DNA of 62,012 nucleotides, the filler included. It is 7 parts of 7 records of this genome, joined end to end, with 100 filler letters (N's around TTAATTAATTAA, not from the genome) between each part and the next. Parts side by side here need not be neighbours in the genome. Positions count along the whole stretch, not along the records: positions 7,997 to 25,074 come from SRR20825010_4839; 6 more parts are not named here. The stretch is one strand, 5' to 3'. The translations under genes and the position numbers were made by a program. The notes beneath the pieces were generated by a model. That model searched no databases. It had not been told where the DNA came from and worked only from the letters and a program-made list of their open reading frames with translations. Shown one piece after another: positions 8,090-17,891 of this stretch. Numbering within the stretch: the stretch's first letter is position 1; each line of letters starts with the position of its first letter.

Positions 8090-10409
8090 ACCCTCCATAC
8101 CCATACCCATACCCATAGTTATAGCCTTTGGCCTTGCCATTGCCCACACCATTGACCACATAGGCCATGTTTTTAAGCTTTTTGGTTTTAAATAGGTTTT
8201 TGGAAAACTCCAAGAGGCGCTTGTCCGTTTGGCCAGAGCGGGTAACAAAGACCGTGGCATCGGCGAATTTGGAGATCAGGAGGGTATCCGTGACCAACAT
8301 GGTAGGGGCAGTATCCACTACAATATAATCGAACTCCTTTTTGGCAGCGGTGATGAACTTTTCAAAGGCGGAACTGGAAAATAGTTGGGGGGTATTGGGA
8401 TGTATAGAACCCCCAAAGCAGATGTGCAGCGTAGGGTTGTCCGAACCACCTGCTACCACGCAATCTTTCCAATTCATCCCGGGATCGTTCAGGTAGTCCG
8501 ACAAGCCTTTGTGATTGACACTAATATTGTAAAAATTATGCAATTGTGGATTGCGAAGATCGGCACCAATGAGCAATACTTTTTTGTTAAGGCTGGCATA
8601 GGCCATGGCCAGGTTGTTGGACAACAAGGTCTTTCCCTCGCCCTTGACCGAAGAGGTCACCATGACCACCTGGGCTTGGCCCTTGTTCTTTTCCGTAAGC
8701 AGATAGTCAACATTGGTACTTAGGATACGGAAAGATTCGGCCATAATGGAACGGTCATTGGCCTGCAATTTCTTTTTAACGTCCTTAAAGAAAGGAATTT
8801 CGCCCACTACAGAGATATCCGTAGTTACCTTTTCAATGTGGCTACGGTCGTGTATTTTGGTGTCCAGGGTAAAGCGGATATAAAGCACAGCAAAGGGCAG
8901 GAACATCCCTGCCAGGAGGGACAGTGCATAGACCATGGTCTTCTTGGGCGATACCGGAATATCATTGGTAAGGCCGTAGTCCACCACCTTTACGGTAGGC
9001 GCGGTTACCGCATAGCTAATAGCGGCTTCCTCCCGTTTTTGTAATAGCAATAAAAAGAGGTTTTCCTTAATGCTCTGTTGCCGCTCTATGGAGCGCAGCA
9101 TTTTTTCCTTTTCCGGCAGTCTGGAAAACACGGAACCTGCCCTGCTTTCTTCCAGTTTTAGTTGACTGAGGGAATTTTTTAACTGGGTACCGTAGATGTT
9201 GACAGATTTTATGATGTTGACCTTGGCGCGTTCCAATTGGCCGTTCAGATTCTGCAGGGTAGGGTGGTTGGCGCCCACGGTGGGCAAAAGTTTTTCCCGT
9301 TCCAGGGACATTTCGTTATAGCCTACCACCAAGTTGTTAAGGCTTGCGTTTTCTATCCCAATATTGGCGGGCAAGAGGCCGTAATCACTTTGGTTGATTA
9401 CCGTTTCTTTTAGGATATCTGAAATAGAAATTTGGTTTTCCAATTTGATCACCTGTTCTTCGGTTTCGGACTTTCTTTGTAGGCTCATCCCGGCATCTGC
9501 CTCAATATAGGAGAGGCTGTTGGAACGCTTAAAGCTTTCCTTGCCGCCTTCTATGGAATCCAGTTCCTGACCTAGGTAGAGGAAGCGTTCGTCTATAAAG
9601 TTCAGGGTACGTTGGGAGATCAATTGGCGGTCCAGCACCCCGTCCTGGTTAAATTTTTCTATCAGGGTATTCAAGATGGCCTCGTTCCTGTCCATACTTT
9701 CGCCCTCTAGGGATAGGGATAGGATTTCACTATTCTTATTGGTGGCCTGCACCTGTAGGCCTTTTGCCAAGTTTAATACCGTACTCTTGAGGGGGTTAAG
9801 GACTACCTTGTAGGTAATGCCCTTGTAAAAGCTGGGGTCTGTACCGCCCACCATGCTGATATTAAAGGGAAGGCCTTCTGTAGGCTGTTCCGGGGCATTC
9901 AGATCTGGCGTATAGGTTTTTTCATTGGCATCGGTAATGGAGATGCCTTTTTCGTCCAAAGTAATCCAATAGGGTTTGGGGCCCCTTATGCTATCGGCAG
10001 CTATTTGTTTGGTAATCTGGAAGGGGGGTGCCCAAATCTGTGTGGTCTTTACATTTCCCACTATATAATTTGTAACATCCAAATTAAGCTCATTCACGAC
10101 CTGGGATAGGATGCGGTAGGATTTTAGGATCTCGATCTCATTTTCCAGGTTGATCTTGGAACCCCCGCCAAGGAGCGAAAGGGCATCCGAAGCAATATCC
10201 ACTTCCTGGGATTCGTCCACGATCTTAATTTTAGCAGTTGATTTATAATTGATAGGGGCATATCGCATATAGGCTACTCCCAGTCCTACGCAGACAATCG
10301 TCGCCAAGATAAACCAGGGCCAATACCGCAGATATTTTTGGATAATTTCCTTTATGGCAAAGGATTCTTCCTCCTCAAAATGTTCTATAGTATAGGGTGT
10401 TTCTTTCAT
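8088..10409 (-). CDS. wzc: Polysaccharide co-polymerase / BY tyrosine autokinase
   Basis: Two TM segments around a periplasmic coiled domain; Walker A SSVKGEGKT, A' LLIGADLRNP, B IVVDTAP; tyrosine cluster YNYGYGYGYGG. Confidence 0.95.
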   Translation of the reverse strand: MKETPYTIEHFEEEESFAIKEIIQKYLRYWPWFILATIVCVGLGVAYMRYAPINYKSTAKIKIVDESQEVDIASDALSLLGGGSKINLENEIEILKSYRILSQVVNELNLDVTNYIVGNVKTTQIWAPPFQITKQIAADSIRGPKPYWITLDEKGISITDANEKTYTPDLNAPEQPTEGLPFNISMVGGTDPSFYKGITYKVVLNPLKSTVLNLAKGLQVQATNKNSEILSLSLEGESMDRNEAILNTLIEKFNQDGVLDRQLISQRTLNFIDERFLYLGQELDSIEGGKESFKRSNSLSYIEADAGMSLQRKSETEEQVIKLENQISISDILKETVINQSDYGLLPANIGIENASLNNLVVGYNEMSLEREKLLPTVGANHPTLQNLNGQLERAKVNIIKSVNIYGTQLKNSLSQLKLEESRAGSVFSRLPEKEKMLRSIERQQSIKENLFLLLLQKREEAAISYAVTAPTVKVVDYGLTNDIPVSPKKTMVYALSLLAGMFLPFAVLYIRFTLDTKIHDRSHIEKVTTDISVVGEIPFFKDVKKKLQANDRSIMAESFRILSTNVDYLLTEKNKGQAQVVMVTSSVKGEGKTLLSNNLAMAYASLNKKVLLIGADLRNPQLHNFYNISVNHKGLSDYLNDPGMNWKDCVVAGGSDNPTLHICFGGSIHPNTPQLFSSSAFEKFITAAKKEFDYIVVDTAPTMLVTDTLLISKFADATVFVTRSGQTDKRLLEFSKNLFKTKKLKNMAYVVNGVGNGKAKGYNYGYGYGYGG

Positions 10410-10507
10410 TTCTTTTCTGTAATTTAAAACTGTTTTATGAACTTAAGGGGAGCATTTGTATTTATTTGGGTATTTCTTTTTACCCTATATATTGGTTCAA
10501 AGATTGC

Positions 10508-10538
10508 CAAAATTAGACAATAAATATTGATATCACAA
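10508..10538 (-). promoter_or_regulatory. Candidate Bacteroidota housekeeping promoter for wzc
   Basis: Minus strand reads TTG-N20-TAATTTTG, matching the -33/-7 consensus TTG..TAnnTTTG, about 100 nt upstream of wzc. Confidence 0.45.
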
Positions 10539-10690
10539 CCCGATTTATAACCGTAAAGGCTTCAGGATTTTGAAGGATTATTTTTGATATTATAACCATA
10601 CTAATTTACCGTTTACCATTTAATAATAAACATTTGATGGGGATCTTGAAATTGGGCAATAGGGCTGTGTTTATTCTTAGCATTAAACTT

Positions 10691-11140
10691 TTAATCTTTG
10701 TCATTAAACCAGTTCATCCATAGATTTTTATCAAATCGGTAGTTATCCTGCGCTGCTTCTTCTAGGTTTAAATTCGAAAAAACCAACAATATGGAATTGG
10801 GTTCTAAAGCCCTAAAACCATTGGCATATCCTGCTGGTACATAAAGCACTTGGGTATCATTTGCTTTCAAAATAAATTCTTCTGGAACCAAGGATTCCGA
10901 GGGTGTGGACCAGTCATCTATTTTTACGCCTGCCAACATAAAACTGCCCTTAACGGTATGAAAATACTTTTCCTCAATTTTATGACCTTGCCAAGCCCGT
11001 ATAATATTAGTGTTATTATGCTCAATGGTGTAGAAACGTTTTGCCGGACTAAGATCAAAAGTGTTAACAAATCGGATTACACCCCGCTCATCTGAATGTT
11101 GGCTCCCGTGAATAAGTGACAATCTTGCTTTTTCTTCCAT
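10691..11140 (-). CDS. Cupin-fold nucleotide-sugar epimerase/isomerase (RmlC/WxcM/FdtA-like)
   Basis: HSDERG, IRAWQGHKIEEKYF and LYVPAGYANGF motifs. Start at 11140 gives a TAATG overlap with the upstream stop. Confidence 0.8.
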   Translation of the reverse strand: MEEKARLSLIHGSQHSDERGVIRFVNTFDLSPAKRFYTIEHNNTNIIRAWQGHKIEEKYFHTVKGSFMLAGVKIDDWSTPSESLVPEEFILKANDTQVLYVPAGYANGFRALEPNSILLVFSNLNLEEAAQDNYRFDKNLWMNWFNDKD

Positions 11141-12327
11141 TAATTCCAAAAAATTTCTGATACTGAGCTAATTAGTTTAGGTTTTGAGAATTCGGATTTG
11201 TTCAGAGTAGCACAGTTCAGGGCCATTTGCTTTAAACTGCTTTCAGGTTCCTTATAGAATTGCTCAAATGTTTTATAAATATCCATTTCGTCATTGGGGT
11301 CTGCCGTAAGACCAATTTCAAAATCATGGGTTAAATTAGATAATTCTCCTTTGACAATAGAAAAAATAGGTCTTCCACTATTTAAATAGGCTTGAAATTT
11401 TGAAGGCAACATGATTTCATAAATGGGCACATCTATCAACGAAATAATCAATACATCACTAGCTTCGAAATAGGAAGGCATTTCTTCCAAAGGTAACCTG
11501 CCCGTAAAATTCACATTGGATATATACTCCTTAGCGACAATTTCCTTTAATTCATCAAGGAAGGAGCCGTCCCCAAGAATATTTAGCATTACTTTTTTTT
11601 GGTTATTAGAAACTCTGCCAAAAGCCCTAACCACTTTATCCAAGTTTTGCACTTTACCTATATTCCCCGCAAAAGTGAAATTAAAGTCGCCAGGCAACTT
11701 TACTTTACTTTTAATGCTACTATCTACCAAGGTCCAATTTGGTATCCAATGAATATTATCTAGTGGGCGATATTTATTGATTTTAGGAATAAAACCTTTA
11801 CAGGAAACCAGAATAATATCGCATCTTTTGTAAATAAAGCCAACAATATTGGACAGTAGCCAATGCGCTAATTTGGTTTTCTTGATACCAAAGGCATATA
11901 CGGTTTCTGGCCATAGATCCTGAGTCCAAATGGTTATTTTCCATTTAAAAAGAGACTTTAACAAAACAGGAGTTAAAGCGTTGGTCAATGGTCCAGTTTG
12001 ATAGACAAAAATGCGGTCATATCTTTTACCTATAAAAAGTAGAATCCAAAAGGTCCAAAATATATAATTTAAATAGTTTAATATTTTGATAAATGTACTT
12101 TTTTGGTATCCTGGAATAAAAAGGATTCGGTAGACTTTTGAACCTTGATACTTTCCTTTTTGAAATATACGATTCCTGTATCCTCTAAAAATTTTACCGT
12201 AAGGGTAGGAGGGGTTTCTTGTTAGGACTTCTATATCATAGTCCGAATCTATCCAGTGTTTTGCCAAATCATTGATCACAAAATCTTCCGGATCAAAAAC
12301 TTCGGTTACAATAAGCGCTTTCTTCAT
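11140..12327 (-). CDS. GT4 glycosyltransferase (WbuB/WbjE-like 6-deoxy-L-HexNAc transferase)
   Basis: EVFDPEDF, PSYPYGK, QDLWPET, FAGNIGKVQNL and LPSKFQAYLNSGRPI motifs. Confidence 0.85.
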   Translation of the reverse strand: MKKALIVTEVFDPEDFVINDLAKHWIDSDYDIEVLTRNPSYPYGKIFRGYRNRIFQKGKYQGSKVYRILFIPGYQKSTFIKILNYLNYIFWTFWILLFIGKRYDRIFVYQTGPLTNALTPVLLKSLFKWKITIWTQDLWPETVYAFGIKKTKLAHWLLSNIVGFIYKRCDIILVSCKGFIPKINKYRPLDNIHWIPNWTLVDSSIKSKVKLPGDFNFTFAGNIGKVQNLDKVVRAFGRVSNNQKKVMLNILGDGSFLDELKEIVAKEYISNVNFTGRLPLEEMPSYFEASDVLIISLIDVPIYEIMLPSKFQAYLNSGRPIFSIVKGELSNLTHDFEIGLTADPNDEMDIYKTFEQFYKEPESSLKQMALNCATLNKSEFSKPKLISSVSEIFWN

Positions 12328-12330
12328 TAA

Positions 12331-13203
12331 TTAAATATTGTAGTGCGAATATTGAGTTTTATTTTTTCTCATATTACTTTTCATATCGGCAAACATTTGG
12401 TCATAGAAAGGAACTGTATATTCAAAATCACTTCTTTCAGAAATAAGGCTTTTATCCACTTCTTTACCGTCCACCCCATTTATAGTGATGTTGTTATGGG
12501 GAAAATTCTTCCTAAAAAGCAGCAGCATGTCGTATTTGGAAATTTTCAGGCCATTGGTTAAATTAATTAAGCCTGCTAAATTTTGTTCTAGAGCGGTATT
12601 TATGGCTTTTGCGCATTCCAAAGTAGTTACACCGCCCCAAAAGGCCTTTTTAAAACCGTTGATCGGGTTGGTCTGATTTAAAAACCAATGTAATAGGCCT
12701 TCACCATTGGTCTTCAGTTCAGGGCCAACAATGGAAGTTCTTATGGTTAAATGATTCTCTAAATTAAACTCCCCCAAAGCTTTGCTACGACCATAAATAT
12801 CATCTGCATCCCTAAAGTCACTTTCAGTATAAGAACCCTTCTTGCCAGAAAAAACACAATCGGTACTAATGTGTATCACCTTAGCATTTATGGTATTGGC
12901 CATTTTTACCAAAAAATGTGGAAAGTAGGCATTAATATAGATGGCGTTGGATGGGTCAGTTAGGGATCCTTTTATTAGTACGCCAATACAATTAATAATA
13001 TATTTAGGCCCAATGTTATTTATTATGTTGCTCAATTTTGCACGATCTGTTATATCGCAAACTATCGATTCTTCCCTTAACTTATTTTTGAACACCACAT
13101 CATGTAATTCATAGCGGTCCATTTGCTGTAAATATCCAAAAAGGATATGGCCCAACATTCCCGTGGAACCGAGAATTAGGACTTTATCTTTTATTTTTTC
13201 CAT
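12331..13203 (-). CDS. RmlD-like SDR 4-keto-sugar reductase (QnlA/WbvR-type)
   Basis: GSTGMLG, HISTDCVFSG, catalytic YGRSK and RTSIVGPEL; 290 aa with no C-terminal cupin domain. Confidence 0.82.
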   Translation of the reverse strand: MEKIKDKVLILGSTGMLGHILFGYLQQMDRYELHDVVFKNKLREESIVCDITDRAKLSNIINNIGPKYIINCIGVLIKGSLTDPSNAIYINAYFPHFLVKMANTINAKVIHISTDCVFSGKKGSYTESDFRDADDIYGRSKALGEFNLENHLTIRTSIVGPELKTNGEGLLHWFLNQTNPINGFKKAFWGGVTTLECAKAINTALEQNLAGLINLTNGLKISKYDMLLLFRKNFPHNNITINGVDGKEVDKSLISERSDFEYTVPFYDQMFADMKSNMRKNKTQYSHYNI

Positions 13204-14324
13204 ACCGTTCTGTTTATATAATCCGTATAGGATAGAATAATTCTCAACACTTTTGTAGACACATTGTCCACATCGTAATCGGCAACCCTATGGGTAGCAT
13301 TCGGGTTTTTTCTTTTCTGCCCGGTAACCACTTCAATGGCCTCTATGATGCGACTACTCTTAAGCCCCGTCATGATCAAGGTACCTTCATCCATACCTTC
13401 GGGACGCTCGTGCGCCTGGCGGATGGTAATGGCAGGGAAACCTAGAATGGAAGATTCTTCGGTAATGGTACCACTGTCCGAAATTACGCAATAAGCATGT
13501 TGTTGTAGTTTAATATAGTCCAAGAAACCAAAGGGCTTCATAAATCGTATTAAGCTGTTTTCATTTGAAAATTCAATGGCTTCCAGTTTTTTGCGAGTTC
13601 TGGGATGGGTGGACACAATTACTTTTTTCCCATACTTTTCTGTGATATGGTTTAATGCTTCCAATAAATTTTGAAAATTCTCTTCAGAATCCACATTTTC
13701 CTCCCTGTGGGTGCTTACTATAAAATAGTCATTGGGAACTAGCCCCTCTGTCTCCAAGACTTTTGATTTTTGGATACCTTCTTTGTGAAAATTTAAGACC
13801 TCCAGCATGGGAGATCCTGTTTTAATAATGGTTTCCGGTGCTATGCCCTCTCGTTCCAAATATTTGCGGGCATGCTCCGAAAGTGGCATATTAATATCGC
13901 TTAAATGATCTACAATTTTTCTGTTAATTTCCTCTGGGACCCTTTGATCAAAACACCTATTGCCTGCCTCCATGTGGAAAATAGGGATTTTTTTTCGTTT
14001 GGCCGAAATAACGGACATGCAGGAATTGGTGTCACCATAAAGCAGCAAGGCATCGGGTTGGTATTTTTCCAGGACCTCATCAGATTTAATAATGACGTTT
14101 CCTATGGTATTTGCGGCATTACCACCGGCAGCATCAAGGAAAACATCAGGTTTCCGCATACCCAATTGTTCAAAGAATATTTCGTTTAATTCGTAGTCAA
14201 AATTTTGACCGGTATGCACTAAAATATGGTCGGTGTATTGGTCAAGTTCTGCAATTACCCTACTCAATTTTATTATTTCGGGACGCGTCCCAACGATGGT
14301 CATTACCCTTAGTTTTTTTTCCAT
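13191..14324 (-). CDS. UDP-6-deoxy-L-HexNAc 2-epimerase (WbjD/FnlC/QnlB type; WecB family)
   Basis: VGTRPEIIKL, HTGQNFDYEL, HMEAGNRCFDQRVPEEINR, SDSGTITEE and HERPEGMDEG motifs. Confidence 0.92.
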   Translation of the reverse strand: MEKKLRVMTIVGTRPEIIKLSRVIAELDQYTDHILVHTGQNFDYELNEIFFEQLGMRKPDVFLDAAGGNAANTIGNVIIKSDEVLEKYQPDALLLYGDTNSCMSVISAKRKKIPIFHMEAGNRCFDQRVPEEINRKIVDHLSDINMPLSEHARKYLEREGIAPETIIKTGSPMLEVLNFHKEGIQKSKVLETEGLVPNDYFIVSTHREENVDSEENFQNLLEALNHITEKYGKKVIVSTHPRTRKKLEAIEFSNENSLIRFMKPFGFLDYIKLQQHAYCVISDSGTITEESSILGFPAITIRQAHERPEGMDEGTLIMTGLKSSRIIEAIEVVTGQKRKNPNATHRVADYDVDNVSTKVLRIILSYTDYINRTVWKK

Positions 14325-15331
14325 GCTGCCAATTCTTTTTTAATAAGATCCAGTGATAATAATAGTTCTTTGGTTTCTTCCAGTGTAAGGCGATGGGTAT
14401 TATGGGAGTTGTAATCCTCTATAGTTGAGGTAATGGGGTCACCTTCTGAAAAATACTGGGCATAATTTAAATCCCTATTGTCGGCAGGGATTTGAAAGAA
14501 GCCTGGTAGGTCGGTAGCTTTTGCCATTTCTTCTCTTGTACAAAGCGTTTCGTACAATTTTTCGCCATGCCTTGTTCCTATTACCTTAATTTCGTTGGGT
14601 GCCTTAAAAAGCTCTACAAGTGCCTCCGCCAGGATGCCTATAGTTGATGCTGGGGCCTTTTGAACAAAAAGATCGCCCTGTTTCCCATTTTCATACGCAA
14701 AAAGTACCAGTTCCACGGCTTGTTCCAAGGACATTAGGTATCTGGTCATGTTGGGATCGGTAATGGTAATGGGCTGACCGGATTTTATCTGGTCTATAAA
14801 TAAAGGGATTACAGAACCACGGGAAGCCATAACGTTTCCATATCGGGTTAGACATACGGTAGTGTTGTCGTCGGCAATATTTCTGGATTCTGCTACGGCC
14901 ACTTTTTCCATCAAAGCTTTGGACATCCCCATGGCATTAATGGGGTAGGCGGCTTTGTCCGTACTTAGACAAATCACCTTTTTTACGTTATGTTTAACAG
15001 CAGATTTTATTACATTGGCCGTTCCCATAACATTGGTCTGGGTTGCCTCTAGGGGAAAAAATTCACAAGACGGCACCTGTTTTAGAGCCGCTGCGTGAAA
15101 AACATAGTCTACCCCCCTCATGGCAATGTCCAAACTATCCTTGTCCCTAACGTTGCCAATATAGAATTTAACTTTGGGACTGTTTAGCGCCACTCGCATA
15201 TCGTGCTGTTTCTTTTCGTCCCTGGAAAAAATACGTATCTCCCTAATTTCTGTATGTAGAAAACGTTCCAGTACGGCGTTGCCAAAGGAACCCGTACCAC
15301 CGGTAATCAATAAAGTCTTGTTTTTAAACAT
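14309..15331 (-). CDS. fnlA: UDP-GlcNAc 4,6-dehydratase/5-epimerase (FnlA/WbjB/CapE)
   Basis: TGGTGSFG, FSRDEKKQ, HAAALKQVPSCEFFP, STDKAAYPINAMG and RYGNVMASRGSV motifs. Confidence 0.93.
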   Translation of the reverse strand: MFKNKTLLITGGTGSFGNAVLERFLHTEIREIRIFSRDEKKQHDMRVALNSPKVKFYIGNVRDKDSLDIAMRGVDYVFHAAALKQVPSCEFFPLEATQTNVMGTANVIKSAVKHNVKKVICLSTDKAAYPINAMGMSKALMEKVAVAESRNIADDNTTVCLTRYGNVMASRGSVIPLFIDQIKSGQPITITDPNMTRYLMSLEQAVELVLFAYENGKQGDLFVQKAPASTIGILAEALVELFKAPNEIKVIGTRHGEKLYETLCTREEMAKATDLPGFFQIPADNRDLNYAQYFSEGDPITSTIEDYNSHNTHRLTLEETKELLLSLDLIKKELAAWKKN

Positions 15332-16445
15332 GTGTTGTTATTGTTTTATAATAATTCTCCCAAACTTTTATGTTTGATTTAATGTCGAATGTTGAGGAAC
15401 AAAGCTGATAGGCATTTTCCCGCATTTGCTGATATTCTTCTTTTTTTAAATTTAATAATGAGTTCATTGCTTCCGTTAATGCCTGAACGTCTGGATTTAC
15501 CCAGTAACCAGCTTTCAAATTGTTTAAAGTTTCCCACGGGGTGTTTTTAGAAGCTATAACCGGAGTTCCTTGGGCTAAAGCCTCCAACACAACATTTCCA
15601 AAATTCTCAGATTGGGAAGGAAGAACCAGTGCCATTGAAGTGGCAAGAATTTTATCTTTTTCCTGTCCTTCTACATGTCCCATAAATTTGACATTGGAAC
15701 CAAGGTCAAGGCTTACAATTAGGTCATGAAGTTTTTTCTCATAATCTGTTTCATAGGGTAATCTTGCAGAACCCATTACGATCAGCTCTATGTCTTTATA
15801 TTCAGGATTTTTCCTAACTTCCGCTAATGCTTTTACCAATATGTCTATATTTTTTAATGGGTTTATTCTACCGAGAAATACGAACCTTAAAAGTACATTT
15901 TCGTCCAATTTTTGTGGAAGTAGGAGGTAATTGGGAATTATATCTACACGCTTTGCCTCTGGAAAATGTTGCCTAATAATTTCTTGTTCTATCTCATTAG
16001 TAGCATGAAAATTGATATAACGTTGAAACAGGCTTATGAACCATTTCCAAAGTTTCTTCTTTAGGGGTTTAATTCTTAAGGCGGTTTGGTAAAGTTCTCC
16101 TCTTGGGGATATTATTATAGTTTTTCCTTTAATTATCCCGATAATTAACAAAGGTAAAGTAGGAGGGAAGAAAATGCTTGAAAACTGCACAATATCAGCT
16201 TGTTCCAAAAATTTGATGGTTTTTTTAATAAATGGGAAACCATTGGTTCTAAAAAAAAGAACTTTACTTTTGTTGCCTTTATTCGCTATTGGTAAAGGTT
16301 GTGATACTCCCAAAGTGGTGGCCACTATACAGGTCTTAAATTCATCTGGATTTAGGGAACTATTTATCCAATATAGAGTATTGGCTGGCCCGCCCGCCTG
16401 GGAGGGATAATAACAAAGCACAGGATGTAAAATATTAATGATCAC
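15324..16445 (-). CDS. GT4 glycosyltransferase
   Basis: GGPAN, ISPRGEL, FLGRINPLKNI and PSQSENFGNVVLEALAQGTPVI motifs. Confidence 0.88.
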   Translation of the reverse strand: MIINILHPVLCYYPSQAGGPANTLYWINSSLNPDEFKTCIVATTLGVSQPLPIANKGNKSKVLFFRTNGFPFIKKTIKFLEQADIVQFSSIFFPPTLPLLIIGIIKGKTIIISPRGELYQTALRIKPLKKKLWKWFISLFQRYINFHATNEIEQEIIRQHFPEAKRVDIIPNYLLLPQKLDENVLLRFVFLGRINPLKNIDILVKALAEVRKNPEYKDIELIVMGSARLPYETDYEKKLHDLIVSLDLGSNVKFMGHVEGQEKDKILATSMALVLPSQSENFGNVVLEALAQGTPVIASKNTPWETLNNLKAGYWVNPDVQALTEAMNSLLNLKKEEYQQMRENAYQLCSSTFDIKSNIKVWENYYKTITTHV

Positions 16446-16546
16446 TAGGTTTGGGCTATATTATTAGTATTGCTTGTATTTAATGGGAATTGATGACCTA
16501 TGTGCATGCTCAAAGTACATGCAATTTATATTTAAACTTCTTGGAC

Positions 16547-17875
16547 TCATAGGATATGACTAATAATGAAAGGTGTTTTGCCATTAATTTGTTCCACTTT
16601 ATCTACCTTAAAGGGCCTAATTTTAATTTCAAAATTTAATTCAGCCTCCATCTTTTTCATTACGGACTTTAAAACGTTGTCTATATTTTTGTCTGGCACA
16701 GGTACATAATACAATTTTATGACAAAATCCTTGGCCTGAACAATTTGAAAGTCACGAATGGTATCTGGAAATTCATCGAAAATACTGTGCAAATAATCTC
16801 CATAAACTTCTATACCTGAAGGTGTTTTGATAACATCGGATTGTCTTCCTCTAACACTATCCATTAAAGGTAATGGGTTACCACAAGGACATTTTCTATC
16901 CAAGAGGCGTCCATAATCCCCAATTTCATATCTAATCAAAGGAAAGGCGTAGTTATGTAGATCTGTAATTAATATTTTTCCCCAGGTATTGTTTGGCACG
17001 GGAACGTTGCTTTCATCCACAATTTCAATGTGTCTAACATCGGTCATTACATGTAATCCATTTTGTTCCTTGCATTCGGAAGAAACCCACATAATTTCTG
17101 TACTCCCGTATTGGTCATATACAGGGGCTTCAAAAACTTCTTCCATGGTTTGGCGTTGTTGCATCGTTAATGGAGCCGACGTAACCCATACTGCTTTTGG
17201 TGGATGAATTTTAATACCCTTATCCCTTACGTAAAGTGCAAATTCATAAACTACATCTACGTAGCCCTGTAATAACACTGGTTTAATCTTGTTAAATTTA
17301 GATATAAATTTTTGTAAATGCTGATCATCTATTTGTGATCCCGCCAAGAAAATTCTCTTCGTTGGCCACCAGAGTATGGAGTTCCAAAGGTTATGGGACG
17401 GCCTTCTTTTAAATCTATAAATAAATGCGGTGTGGTCATATGGCTTTATTCCCCACCATTGTAAGACCCGCCATTGTATTGGAGCAATTGGGTAACGTTT
17501 GTCATGTAAAACGGATATTGTGGCACCGGTGCTACCAGAAGTAGTCGCTTTTGAGTAATCCCATTTGGAAACCGTCTTGGAAATGATTTCAGAAAAACTG
17601 GAAGTTAAGTCCGCACGCGTTACAACGGGAAGTCTTATGAAATCTTCTTCGGTAAGCATTTGAAAAGGGTTAAGGTTGAGCGAAGCATATTTTTTGGAAT
17701 AGAACAGACTGTTTTCCTTCGCGTGTATCACAAGGGCTTTTCTTTTGTTAAAATTAATGTCTTCAATATTGTTAGACTTTAGGGCGTTTTCATTAGCCAT
17801 ATGTACCCTGAACAACTTGGGTTTAAGATATCTTGATTTAAGGTTAAAAATCAACTTTCGTATTTTGGGGGTCAT
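16547..17875 (-). CDS. Phenylacetate-CoA-ligase-like adenylating enzyme (CapK family)
   Basis: TTSGSTG P-loop, YDQYGSTE, PLIRYEIGD and VRGRQSD motifs. Confidence 0.85.
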   Translation of the reverse strand: MTPKIRKLIFNLKSRYLKPKLFRVHMANENALKSNNIEDINFNKRKALVIHAKENSLFYSKKYASLNLNPFQMLTEEDFIRLPVVTRADLTSSFSEIISKTVSKWDYSKATTSGSTGATISVLHDKRYPIAPIQWRVLQWWGIKPYDHTAFIYRFKRRPSHNLWNSILWWPTKRIFLAGSQIDDQHLQKFISKFNKIKPVLLQGYVDVVYEFALYVRDKGIKIHPPKAVWVTSAPLTMQQRQTMEEVFEAPVYDQYGSTEIMWVSSECKEQNGLHVMTDVRHIEIVDESNVPVPNNTWGKILITDLHNYAFPLIRYEIGDYGRLLDRKCPCGNPLPLMDSVRGRQSDVIKTPSGIEVYGDYLHSIFDEFPDTIRDFQIVQAKDFVIKLYYVPVPDKNIDNVLKSVMKKMEAELNFEIKIRPFKVDKVEQINGKTPFIISHIL

Positions 17876-17891
17876 CGGTATTTTATTAGTG

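Noticed and set aside
8090-8123. CCCATA tandem repeat
   Set aside because: It encodes the Gly-Tyr autophosphorylation cluster of Wzc.
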